64,000 bases of DNA from an uncultured Pseudomonadales bacterium (GTDB lineage: Bacteria > Pseudomonadota > Gammaproteobacteria > Pseudomonadales > UBA7239), in the NCBI GenBank assembly GCA_964509075.1, contig CAZDWC010000008.1, forward strand, positions 33,331 to 97,330. Reading direction: 5' to 3'. Below the pieces are notes generated by a model, which was given only the letters and a program-made list of their open reading frames with translations, was not told where the DNA came from and did not search any database. Positions within the stretch are counted from its first letter, which is position 1. Each line of letters begins with the position of its first letter. Of the stretch, positions 54,888-64,000 are shown piece by piece. The position numbers and the translations under genes were made by a program.

Positions 54888-55334
54888 CTAGAAGGAAATC
54901 GTGGCGATTTCATCCGGCAGCTCGAACTCACCGCTGACGGCGGCATCGAGACATTGCTGCCAGTTCTCTTCGCTCCACAGTTCGAATTTCTTGCCCTGTC
55001 CAACCAGAATCAGTTTCTTGTCGAGCTGCGCGTATTTGCGCAGCGACGGTGGCAACAGGATGCGGCCATTGCCGTCCAGCTCCAGCTCGCTGGCATACCC
55101 GAGCAGCAGGCGCTGGATTCGCCGCACGCCTGGGTTGGTGCTCGGCAGGGCTTCCAGCTGCGCCTCGAGTGTCTGCCAGACCGGCAGGGGATAAATACGC
55201 AGGCAGGTGTCCTGGATGTCGATAGTCGCCACCAGCTGGCCACGACACAGCTCAGCCAGTACCTCACGGTACTTGGCCGGGATCGCCAATCGACCTTTGG
55301 GGTCGAGATGGATTTCCGCTATGCCTCTGAACAT
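54888..55334 (-). CDS. mraZ: Transcriptional regulator MraZ
   Basis: MFRG..LDPKGRLAIP, LDGNGRILLP, VGQGKKFELW. Confidence 0.95.
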   Translation of the reverse strand: MFRGIAEIHLDPKGRLAIPAKYREVLAELCRGQLVATIDIQDTCLRIYPLPVWQTLEAQLEALPSTNPGVRRIQRLLLGYASELELDGNGRILLPPSLRKYAQLDKKLILVGQGKKFELWSEENWQQCLDAAVSGEFELPDEIATISF

Positions 55335-55368
55335 GCCCGCCTGTTGCTCCACCGTGAACCGCAGCGAA

Positions 55369-55438
55369 CCCAATATTCACCACTTTGGCCCACTTTCCAC
55401 CACGAAGGCACACTATAGACGCAGAAAATCCTTGTCAA
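55369..55438 (-). promoter_or_regulatory. dcw (Pmra) promoter with MraZ-type direct repeats
   Basis: Minus strand TTGACA-N15-TATAGT (short spacer), followed by GTGG-type repeats at 10-nt period (GTGGTGGAAA GTGGGCCAAA GTGGTGAATA TTGGG), the known arrangement of MraZ operators. Confidence 0.7.
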
Positions 55439-55641
55439 GCGAGACGATCACACTTTGCAGGCATATCCCGGCAAAGTGCGGGAAGATGTCGACAACATGC
55501 TGACATCTTCCAATTTGACAAAAACCATTCAAATCATGGAAATGCAAGCCAAACCTAAAGTAAAACCTTAGGTTTGGCTGCTTTGAGGCTATGTTGCAGG
55601 AGGGAAATGAGAGAAAAAGTTCTAACGAGGCAGAAAAAAGA

Positions 55642-55990
<349 letters not shown>

Positions 55991-56071
55991 GGCAGCAAGG
56001 TTAACGATATTGCCCGCGATGAACAAGTTTTACCCGCTGGCAACCTGCGCACAACCAGACGAATCGGTAAA

Positions 56072-56659
56072 ATGCCCGCCTTATCTCTACTCGGGGTATC
56101 CCGTTTGCCCGCAACCCAGCTCCACCCTTGGTTCAGTGAAGACCAGCTGTCCTACGCCCATTGCCCCTTGCCGTGGCGGATGTGGCTCTTCGACCGCAGC
56201 TCGCTGACCTTGCGGCTGCAGAGACACAGCAACGGCCAGTTCTCGGTGCAGCGCCTGCGACAGGGCTGGCAACGCCCACGACTGGATGAAGCCAAGGCCC
56301 TGGACATAGCGCCCCACCAACTCGCCCTGATTCGCGAAGTACTGCTCTGCGGCCACGGCCAGCCGTGGGTTTATGCCCGCAGCGTGCTGCCACTCGCCAC
56401 GTTGAGCGGTTCACTGCGACACCTGCGCCGGCTAGACAACCGTCCACTCGGGCAACTGCTGTTCAGCAATCCCGACATTACGCGCGGTCCTATCGCTGCT
56501 GCGCGCTGGCCCGTTGACATGCTGCCTGCCAACTTGCGCAGGGAAACAGGCTCACCGCTCTGGGCCCGCCGCTCGGTCTTTCAACATCGGCAGGGCGGCA
56601 TACTGGTCACTGAGGTATTCCTGCACGCCATGTTTCAGCATTCTGCACAGCAGAAATAA
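56072..56659 (+). CDS. ubiC: Chorismate--pyruvate lyase
   Basis: WLFDRSSLT.RL, REVLLCGHGQPWVYARSVLP, PLGQLLF, LWARRSVF, ILVTEVFL; start at 56072, since the ORF-track extension overlaps rnpB. Confidence 0.88.
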   Translation: MPALSLLGVSRLPATQLHPWFSEDQLSYAHCPLPWRMWLFDRSSLTLRLQRHSNGQFSVQRLRQGWQRPRLDEAKALDIAPHQLALIREVLLCGHGQPWVYARSVLPLATLSGSLRHLRRLDNRPLGQLLFSNPDITRGPIAAARWPVDMLPANLRRETGSPLWARRSVFQHRQGGILVTEVFLHAMFQHSAQQK

Positions 56660-56667
56660 CGCGCAAT

Positions 56668-56695
56668 AAAAAAGAGCGCCGAGGCGCTCTTTTTT
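56668..56695. terminator. Bidirectional terminator between ubiC and the P450 gene
   Basis: AAAAAAGAGCGCC-GA-GGCGCTCTTTTTT. Confidence 0.85.
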
Positions 56696-56722
56696 ACATC
56701 AACTTTCGTTCAGGACACGCAC

Positions 56723-57937
56723 TCAAGCATGCGGTTTGAACTTGATGGTGACCTTGCCCCAACCGGACAAATGCTCGCCATAAAGACGCTCGCACTGTTC
56801 TTCCACGGTGTCGAAATCGCCTACTGCCTTGAGAATTTCTTCAACCAGAATGCAGCCCATCATCACACCCAGGTGCATGCCAAGACATTTGTGGCCACCG
56901 TGACCGAACATCAGGGATTTTTCGGTGGGCTGGCGATACATATCGAACTGATCCGGATTGGTATAAACCGTTTCATCACGCTCGGCTGATGCATAGATGA
57001 ACAACAACGGCTGGCCGGCCTTGACCTGAGCACCATTCAGATCAAAATCTTTCTTGGCCACACGCGCCAGCATATTGGTCGGTTGATCATAGCGTGCTGT
57101 TTCCAGAAAAGCCTTGCGCGCCAGATCGAACTTGCCTTCGGCCACTTCTTTCAAAACGGCGGCTTTCTGCTCGGGGTTGTGCTGCAGGTTCCAAAAAGTT
57201 CCCGCCACCGTGATCGGCGTCGTTTCCGAACCAACCACCAACAACGAAAACAGATAGAACATCATTTCTTCATCGCTCAGCGAACGACCATCAACGCTCG
57301 CCTCAAGAAAAATCTTGGTGTAGCGCTGCGCAAGAGCGGGATTGGTGCGCAATTCATGTACATATTGACCAAAATACCCGAACAGCTGGCCGGCCGCCGC
57401 CTGATTGCGTTCGGAACCGCCACCCACCTGACCTTCTTCGCGGTGCAACATGTCATCAATCAGAGCACGCCATTTTTCTGCATCTTCACGCGGCAGCCCC
57501 AAGTTATAACCCGCATTGATACAGGTAACGCGGTTTGACAAATCACTGTACACATCGAACTGACCTTTTTTCAGCAGCGGCGCCAATAATTCGCGCGTCA
57601 ATTCACGTAAGCGCTGCTCACTCTCCCGCACACCTTCGGGAGTGAATTCGTGACGAATCAAGCCGCGCCATTTACGGTGCTCAGGTGCATCCATGGTCAT
57701 AAACGTGGCTGGCACAGGCTCACCCAGCAATACCTGACCTGGCGTCTGGCCTTTGGTGAACGTACAGTTCTCATCCACCTTGGCACTGGCATCCCAGATA
57801 TCCTGAAAACGTGCCAGTGCCCAGGCGTTGTATTTCGGAATGAAATGCGGCTTGCCTTCCTTGCGCATGGCGGCGTACATCGGGTACGGATCCTTCATGG
57901 CTGCATGTGAATAGGGATCGTAGTCAATCGTGCTCAT
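56723..57937 (-). CDS. Cytochrome P450
   Basis: DPYPMY, DAPEHRKWR, I-helix VVGSETT, ExxR (ETAR), heme motif FGHGGHKCLG; start MSTIDY. Confidence 0.93.
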   Translation of the reverse strand: MSTIDYDPYSHAAMKDPYPMYAAMRKEGKPHFIPKYNAWALARFQDIWDASAKVDENCTFTKGQTPGQVLLGEPVPATFMTMDAPEHRKWRGLIRHEFTPEGVRESEQRLRELTRELLAPLLKKGQFDVYSDLSNRVTCINAGYNLGLPREDAEKWRALIDDMLHREEGQVGGGSERNQAAAGQLFGYFGQYVHELRTNPALAQRYTKIFLEASVDGRSLSDEEMMFYLFSLLVVGSETTPITVAGTFWNLQHNPEQKAAVLKEVAEGKFDLARKAFLETARYDQPTNMLARVAKKDFDLNGAQVKAGQPLLFIYASAERDETVYTNPDQFDMYRQPTEKSLMFGHGGHKCLGMHLGVMMGCILVEEILKAVGDFDTVEEQCERLYGEHLSGWGKVTIKFKPHA

Positions 57938-58228
57938 GCTGAGTCTCCGCTGGGTAAAGACATGTTTGAATGATGGTGTCTGCCATCGCCGGCGCATTGT
58001 GCCCCAACTGTATGCACTCGGCCATACCGCAAGGCCTGCATTCAACTACTGTCAGTAGATCTTTTGTCGCAAGTCAAACTTACAGCGCCAGAAGGTGATG
58101 ACGGCAGCTGTTGCGACATGCGACACAGACGAGCCAACAAAGCCGGGAATATACTTCGCTTCCAAACCTGCCTAGACTACGCGGATTGAACAGCCACCGT
58201 GCGAACCGGCAGGGATCAAGGACACGCA

Positions 58229-59611
58229 ATGAGCAAGATGGTAACGCGCTGCCCGCAGTGCCAGACCTCTTTCAAGGTCACTGAAGAACACCTGAAAATT
58301 GCCAACGGCGCCGTGCGCTGCGGCTCCTGCCTGCATGTGTTTCAGGCGCGTCAACACTGGGTCAACCCCGACCAGCCAACCACCCCGCCCGCCAGCACCG
58401 CACTGCAAGCAGCATTGACCGGACAAACCAAGGCAGCACCGCCTGCCGAAACACCGAAAGCCACTGGCAAATTCGTGTTCGACCAGTCCGCCATCGACAA
58501 CAGTTCCGCCGAGCAGCTGCTGGAGACACCGGATGAGCGCATTCCGGAAACCACCCTGACACGCGCCCACCAGAAAAAAATTGATGATATCGGCGATGAA
58601 GATCGCATCAGCGACGATTTGTATTTTGACGACGATGAACCGGCCATCCAGCCGGCGGCAAAGCCTGCCGAGAGCGAATTCGGCGACCCCGACGACGATT
58701 ACAGCGCCTTGTTTGATGAAGTGGCCAGCAGTGGCGAAAGCGAAGACTTTGATGCCCTGCTCAATGGCGATTTCAACGATCTCGACAATCTGGACAATTT
58801 CAATCTGCCGGGCGAGAACAATGCGCCCTCGGATGAATCCTGGGCCAAGGAACTTCTCTCTGCACTTGAAAAAGAAGAAGCTCCGCCCGAAGTCGATCTC
58901 AGCCAGGTAGAAGACGGTCGCGAACTGCTGATGGACTTCACCAATCCGGTGGATGTCGACGCCGCACGCCGTGATCTTGGTCTGGACAAGGCCGATCCGT
59001 TTGCTGCACGCGAACTGACTGCAACCGGACGGCAACGCGCCGTGAGCAGCCAACGTGCCGACATGATTGCGCATATAGAACCCGCGCCCGTCGAGCTGCT
59101 GGCACCGCAATACCAGCGCAATACAGACTGGAAGTCACAACTGGTGTGGGCTGGCAGTGCCTGCGCGCTTGTTCTTCTGGCGCTGGCACAACACGTCTTT
59201 TTTCACTTCGAGCAGCTAGCGCAATCGGAAAGCACACGGCCTGCACTGCAAACCTTGTGCGGCATTGTCCGCTGCCAATTACCTGCAGCAGAAGACTGGC
59301 GCCATATCAAGATTTCCAACCTGGTCGTTCGCCAGCACCCCAAAACACCCGATGGACTGGCGGTAGATGCCATCCTCTTCAACCCGACCAACCGCGAGCT
59401 GCCCTTTCCGAAACTGGAGCTGTATTTCAACGATATGGAGCAGCTGCCCATCGCCAGTCGCCGCTTTCCGCCTGCCGAATATCTGGCTGGCGAGCTGACA
59501 GGTAAAACCCTGATGCCACCCGGCCGCCCGGTTCACATCGCCTTTGAAATCGTCAATCCAGGCGATGCCGCCGTCAACTGGAGCCTTCAGGTGGCTCGCC
59601 AGGCAGAGTAA
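58229..59611 (+). CDS. Zinc-ribbon (MJ0042-type) + DUF3426 membrane protein
   Basis: CPQC..VRCGSC finger, acidic linker, TM helix, LCGIVRCQLP, FPKLELYF..P.EYL; upstream of dusB. Confidence 0.85.
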   Translation: MSKMVTRCPQCQTSFKVTEEHLKIANGAVRCGSCLHVFQARQHWVNPDQPTTPPASTALQAALTGQTKAAPPAETPKATGKFVFDQSAIDNSSAEQLLETPDERIPETTLTRAHQKKIDDIGDEDRISDDLYFDDDEPAIQPAAKPAESEFGDPDDDYSALFDEVASSGESEDFDALLNGDFNDLDNLDNFNLPGENNAPSDESWAKELLSALEKEEAPPEVDLSQVEDGRELLMDFTNPVDVDAARRDLGLDKADPFAARELTATGRQRAVSSQRADMIAHIEPAPVELLAPQYQRNTDWKSQLVWAGSACALVLLALAQHVFFHFEQLAQSESTRPALQTLCGIVRCQLPAAEDWRHIKISNLVVRQHPKTPDGLAVDAILFNPTNRELPFPKLELYFNDMEQLPIASRRFPPAEYLAGELTGKTLMPPGRPVHIAFEIVNPGDAAVNWSLQVARQAE

Positions 59612-59618
59612 CTGCGGT

Positions 59619-60629
59619 ATGTGGCAGATTGGTCCACACGCCATGACGTCCCGCGTACTGCTGGCACCCATGGCCGGTGTCAGTGACCTGCCGTTTCGCC
59701 AGTTATGCCGACAGTTTGGCGCTGCATTGACGACAGGCGAAATGGTGACGGCCCAGCAGCAACTCTGGAGCAGCCGCAAGAGCGGCTTGCGTCTTTCCGG
59801 CCTGCACGCCGAAACCGAGCCGCGATCCGTTCAGATTGCCGGCAGCGAGCCGGCCTTGATGGCCGATGCCGCACGCGCCTGCGTCGAGCGCGGCGCTCAA
59901 ATCATTGACATCAACATGGGCTGCCCGGCCAAGAAAGTTTGCCGAAAGGCAGCGGGATCCGCCTTGCTGCGCGATGAACCTCTGGTAGCTGCCATTCTCT
60001 CCGCCGTGACCCGAGCGGTGGACGTGCCGGTTACCCTGAAAATTCGCACTGGCTGGTGTCCGGATACGCGCAACGCCGTGCAGGTTGCGCGCATGGCCGA
60101 AGATTGCGGCATACAGGCGCTGGCTGTTCACGGCCGCACGCGTGCCTGCGGATACCACCAGCCAGCGGAATACGCTACCATTGCCGACCTTGTTTCGCGG
60201 GTGCGCATCCCGGTAATTGCCAACGGCGATATCACCTCGGCAGAACAGGCACTGCATGTGCTGCGCCAGACTGGCGCCTGCGCTGTCATGATAGGCCGCG
60301 CGGCACATGGTCAGCCCTGGCTGCTACGGGAAGTCGCCCGCACACTGGCCGGCGAACCGCATACGCCAATGAGCACACGCGAACAGGCAGAGATTGTCTT
60401 GCAACACCTGCACGCCATTCACACGTTCTACGGAGCAGGTGACGGCGTTAAGATGGCGCGCAAACACATGGTCTGGTATGGCCAGCAACTGGGCATACCG
60501 TCCAGCTGGCGCGGCCAGTTCAACCAGTTGCCGGAGGCACAGCAACAAATTGACGCCACGCGCGCCCTGTTTGCTGTACACCGTTACACCGGCAACTACA
60601 CGAATACTGTCGAGGAAAGGGCTGCATGA
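59619..60629 (+). CDS. dusB: tRNA-dihydrouridine synthase B
   Basis: [38 protein letters not shown]; upstream of fis. Confidence 0.93.
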   Translation: MWQIGPHAMTSRVLLAPMAGVSDLPFRQLCRQFGAALTTGEMVTAQQQLWSSRKSGLRLSGLHAETEPRSVQIAGSEPALMADAARACVERGAQIIDINMGCPAKKVCRKAAGSALLRDEPLVAAILSAVTRAVDVPVTLKIRTGWCPDTRNAVQVARMAEDCGIQALAVHGRTRACGYHQPAEYATIADLVSRVRIPVIANGDITSAEQALHVLRQTGACAVMIGRAAHGQPWLLREVARTLAGEPHTPMSTREQAEIVLQHLHAIHTFYGAGDGVKMARKHMVWYGQQLGIPSSWRGQFNQLPEAQQQIDATRALFAVHRYTGNYTNTVEERAA

Positions 60630-60937
60630 GCGCACCAGACACTGCACTGCGGGTTGTGACACCACAAACGGTGATTGCACAGGATCGCACTGACAGCCAG
60701 TTGTCCGGCCAGCAGACCATACGCGATTGCGTGGAACGCGCCATGCGCAATTATTTCAGCCACCTTGACGGCCATGATGTAAAGGACGTCTACCAGATGG
60801 TGCTGGCCGAAGTAGAGACACCGCTACTGGAAGTTGTGCTGGAATACACGCGCAACAACCAGTCACGCGCAGCCGAAGTGCTGGGACTGAACCGCGGCAC
60901 CCTGCGCAAGAAATTGAAACAGTACGGCATGCTGTAA
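60626..60937 (+). CDS. fis: DNA-binding regulator Fis
   Basis: [41 protein letters not shown]. Confidence 0.95.
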   Translation: MSAPDTALRVVTPQTVIAQDRTDSQLSGQQTIRDCVERAMRNYFSHLDGHDVKDVYQMVLAEVETPLLEVVLEYTRNNQSRAAEVLGLNRGTLRKKLKQYGML

Positions 60938-60956
60938 TGCAGCAGCAGGCAATCAG

Positions 60957-60978
60957 GGAGGCGAAGGCCTCCTTTTTT
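60957..60978 (+). terminator. fis terminator
   Basis: GGAGGC-GAAG-GCCTCC-TTTTTT. Confidence 0.8.
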
Positions 60979-61055
60979 GTTTAATCGCATTTTTATTTAA
61001 TCGAAAGTGATCCCGTCATACGTCTTGTCCACCTGAAGCAGTAAAGAGAGCCACC

Positions 61056-62627
61056 ATGTCCAGTATCACCCCCGTTCGCCGCGCCCTGATTTCCGTTTCC
61101 GACAAAACCGGCATTGTCGAATTTGCCCGCGCACTGACATTGCGTGACGTGGAGTTGCTCTCCACCGGCGGCACCTACAAATTGCTGCGCGACAACGGCA
61201 TCGCAGTGATCGAAGTCTCCGAACACACCGGTTTTCCGGAAATGATGGATGGCCGCGTCAAAACACTGCACCCGAAAATCCACGGCGGCATTCTCGGCCG
61301 TCGTGGTCAGGATGATGCCGTGATGTCAGAACACGGCATCGCACCGATTGATCTGATCATCGTCAATCTGTATCCCTTTGCAGCCACGGTCGCCAAACCG
61401 GGCTGCTCACTGGAAGATGCCATTGAAAATATCGACATCGGCGGCCCGACCATGGTGCGCGCTGCCGCAAAGAATCACGAACACGTTGCCATTGTTGTCA
61501 ACACCAGTGATTACGGCCGCGTACTGGAAACTCTCGACAACGAGCAGGGGCTGCCGCACAGCCTGCGTTTCGATCTCGCCGTGAAAGCCTTCGAACACAC
61601 AGCACAATACGATGGCATGATCGCCAATTATCTCGGTGCACGCCTCGGCGACAGCACGGAAAAATTTCCACGCACCTTCAATTCACAACTGATCAAGGCA
61701 CAGGATCTGCGCTATGGCGAGAACCCTCACCAGAGCGCAGCATTTTATGTAGAGGCCAATCCACGCGAAGTCAGCATTGCCACAGCAAAACAATTGCAAG
61801 GCAAGGAGCTCTCCTACAACAATATTGCCGACACTGACGCGGCTCTGGAATGCGTGAAAAGCTTTGTCAAACCGGCATGCGTGATCGTCAAACACGCCAA
61901 CCCTTGTGGCGTTGCGGTTTCGCTGGACGGCATCCGCACAGCATACGATCTCGCCTACGCCACCGATCCGGAATCCGCGTTCGGCGGCATCATCGCCTTC
62001 AACCGCGAACTGGATGAATCCACGGCACAAGCCATTATTGATCGCCAGTTTGTGGAAGTGATCATTGCGCCAAAAGTATCCGATGTTGCGCTCGAGATCC
62101 TGTCCGCCAAGCAGAACATCCGCGTGCTGGAATGTGGCGAGTGGAGTGAAAACCGCATCGCACAACTGGACTGGAAACGCGTCAACGGCGGCCTGCTGGT
62201 GCAGGATCTCGACACCGGCATGATCAAGGACAGCGACCTCAAGGTAGTGACCAAACGCGCACCCACCGAAGCGGAAATCCACGACCTGATCTTTGCCTGG
62301 AAAGTGGCGAAATACGTCAAGTCCAATGCGATCGTCTATGCCAGAAATCGCCAGACTATCGGTGTCGGCGCAGGACAGATGAGTCGCGTCAATTCTGCGC
62401 GCATCGCCGCTATCAAGGCCGAGCATGCCGGTTTGCAAGTCGCTGGCTCAGTGATGGCCTCCGACGCGTTCTTCCCGTTCCGCGATGGCATCGACAACGC
62501 GGCAAAAGTCGGCATTCAATGCGTGATTCAACCCGGTGGCTCGATGCGCGATGAAGAAGTGATCGCCGCCGCCGACGAACACGGCATGGCGATGGTGTTT
62601 ACCGGCATGCGGCATTTCCGTCACTGA
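61056..62627 (+). CDS. purH: Bifunctional AICAR transformylase/IMP cyclohydrolase
   Basis: [53 protein letters not shown]. Confidence 0.99.
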   Translation: MSSITPVRRALISVSDKTGIVEFARALTLRDVELLSTGGTYKLLRDNGIAVIEVSEHTGFPEMMDGRVKTLHPKIHGGILGRRGQDDAVMSEHGIAPIDLIIVNLYPFAATVAKPGCSLEDAIENIDIGGPTMVRAAAKNHEHVAIVVNTSDYGRVLETLDNEQGLPHSLRFDLAVKAFEHTAQYDGMIANYLGARLGDSTEKFPRTFNSQLIKAQDLRYGENPHQSAAFYVEANPREVSIATAKQLQGKELSYNNIADTDAALECVKSFVKPACVIVKHANPCGVAVSLDGIRTAYDLAYATDPESAFGGIIAFNRELDESTAQAIIDRQFVEVIIAPKVSDVALEILSAKQNIRVLECGEWSENRIAQLDWKRVNGGLLVQDLDTGMIKDSDLKVVTKRAPTEAEIHDLIFAWKVAKYVKSNAIVYARNRQTIGVGAGQMSRVNSARIAAIKAEHAGLQVAGSVMASDAFFPFRDGIDNAAKVGIQCVIQPGGSMRDEEVIAAADEHGMAMVFTGMRHFRH

Positions 62628-62628
62628 T

Positions 62629-62676
62629 CCCCTCACCCGGCGCTTTGCGCCACCCTGTCCCGCCAGCGGGATAGGG
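62629..62676. repeat. Two-hairpin intergenic element (CCCTCxxCC-type repeat-like)
   Basis: CCCCTCACCC-GGCGC-TTT-GCGCC-A-CCCTGTCCCGC-CA-GCGGGATAGGG between purH and purD. Confidence 0.55.
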
Positions 62677-62704
62677 AATGCAAAAATACACAGGAGGCAA
62701 GCAC

Positions 62705-63985
62705 ATGAATATCCTCATCCTCGGCTCCGGTGGCCGCGAACACGCACTGGCGTGGAAATGCGCACAAGATAATCGCGTAGGAAAAATCTTTGTCGCACCC
62801 GGCAATGCCGGTACGGCGACGGAAGCGAAATGTGAAAACGTCGCGCTGGATATTCTCGACAATGCTGCGCTGATCGCGTTTGCGCGCGACAACGTCACGC
62901 TGACCATAGTCGGCCCGGAGGCACCGCTGGTGAATGGCGTGGTGGATGCGTTCACCGCTGCCGGCCTGAAAATTTTCGGCCCAAAACAATACGCGGCCCA
63001 GCTCGAAGGTTCGAAAGCCTTCGCAAAAGATTTTCTGGCTCGCCACAACATTCCCACCGCGTTTTATTCCGTGTTTACCGACACGGATCAGGCTCTGGCC
63101 TATGTGCGCCAAAAAGGCGCGCCGATTGTCATCAAGGCTGACGGCCTTGCAGCCGGCAAAGGTGTGATCGTGGCAATGACACTGACGGAAGCCGAAGACG
63201 CCGTGCGCGACATGCTCGCCGGCAACAAATTCGGTTCAGCAGGCTCGCGCGTAGTGATCGAGGAATTTCTCGATGGCGAAGAAGCAAGTTTCATCGTGAT
63301 GGTGGACGGCAAAACGGCGTTGCCGATGGCGACCAGCCAGGATCACAAACGCGTCGGCGACGGCGACACCGGCCCCAACACCGGTGGCATGGGCGCCTAC
63401 TCGCCCGCGCCCGTGGTCACGCCGGACGTGCACGCACGCGTGATGCGCGAGGTGATCGAGCCGACCGTACGCGCGATGGCCGCTGAGGGCCACCCATACA
63501 CCGGTTTTCTCTACGCCGGCCTGATGATCGACGCCAGCGGTGCACCGAAAGTCATCGAATTCAACTGCCGCTTTGGCGACCCGGAAACCCAGCCCATCAT
63601 GCTGCGCTTGCAAACCTCGCTGGTGGCCTTGGTCGAACAGGCATTGGCCGGCGCACTCGAGCAGACAGAAGCCGTGTGGGACCCGCGCCCTGCCGTGGGC
63701 GTGGTGTTGGCCGCCGAGGGCTACCCTGGCGACATCCGCAAGGGCGATGCAATCACCGGCCTCCCGGCCGCTACTGCGACAGGCAAAGTCTTCCATGCCG
63801 GCACCGCACTGAAAGACGAGCAGGTGGTCACCAGCGGCGGGCGCGTGCTCTGCGCCACTGCACTGGGTGAATCCGTAGCGACTGCGCAGCAAGAGGCTTA
63901 CCGACTGGCTGATCAAATCCGTTGGAATGGCCTGTTCATGCGCCGTGACATCGGCTGGCGCGCCATTGCCCGCGAACAGGTTTAA
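62705..63985 (+). CDS. purD: Phosphoribosylamine--glycine ligase
   Basis: ILGSGGREHALAW, IKADGLAAGKGV, QDHKR, GPNTGGMGAYSP, EFNCRFGDPE, TSGGRVL. Confidence 0.98.
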   Translation: MNILILGSGGREHALAWKCAQDNRVGKIFVAPGNAGTATEAKCENVALDILDNAALIAFARDNVTLTIVGPEAPLVNGVVDAFTAAGLKIFGPKQYAAQLEGSKAFAKDFLARHNIPTAFYSVFTDTDQALAYVRQKGAPIVIKADGLAAGKGVIVAMTLTEAEDAVRDMLAGNKFGSAGSRVVIEEFLDGEEASFIVMVDGKTALPMATSQDHKRVGDGDTGPNTGGMGAYSPAPVVTPDVHARVMREVIEPTVRAMAAEGHPYTGFLYAGLMIDASGAPKVIEFNCRFGDPETQPIMLRLQTSLVALVEQALAGALEQTEAVWDPRPAVGVVLAAEGYPGDIRKGDAITGLPAATATGKVFHAGTALKDEQVVTSGGRVLCATALGESVATAQQEAYRLADQIRWNGLFMRRDIGWRAIAREQV

Positions 63986-64000
63986 GATAAACGAACCGGT

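Overview
A GC-rich (by eye) gammaproteobacterial chromosomal segment of Pseudomonadales/Cellvibrionales type; this placement is inferred from gene content and order only. Most of it is conserved housekeeping blocks: recG; pyrG-kdsA-eno-ftsB-ispD-ispF-truD-pcm-nlpD-rpoS; zapE; dacA-ybeD-lipB-lipA; rep; the complete dcw cluster mraZ to ftsZ; rnpB; ubiC; and DUF3426-dusB-fis-purH-purD. Two accessory envelope/signalling loci sit between these blocks. (1) 1-6516: a tandem-GAF protein (probable HD-GYP phosphodiesterase, cut by the window edge), a divergent CHASE2 class III adenylate cyclase, and on the opposite strand two signal-peptide FecR-domain proteins flanking a TPR/DUF560-like outer-membrane barrel. 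This is a candidate trans-envelope cyclic-nucleotide signalling system with no ECF sigma factor nearby. (2) 21236-29250: two tandem [porin + small single-lobe PBP-like protein] cassettes with duplicated 3' UTR/terminators, behind a candidate sigma54 promoter and structured leader. They are followed on the same strand by a secreted metzincin, zapE and an MCP broken by a 2-bp CG duplication. Also present: an SDR/enoyl-CoA hydratase pair, an orphan cytochrome P450, an MdlAB-like ABC exporter, and two intergenic palindromic repeat-like elements. I saw no CRISPR array, tRNA, rRNA or transposase. Start codons were adjusted by eye where the ORF track over-extends. No database searches were run.
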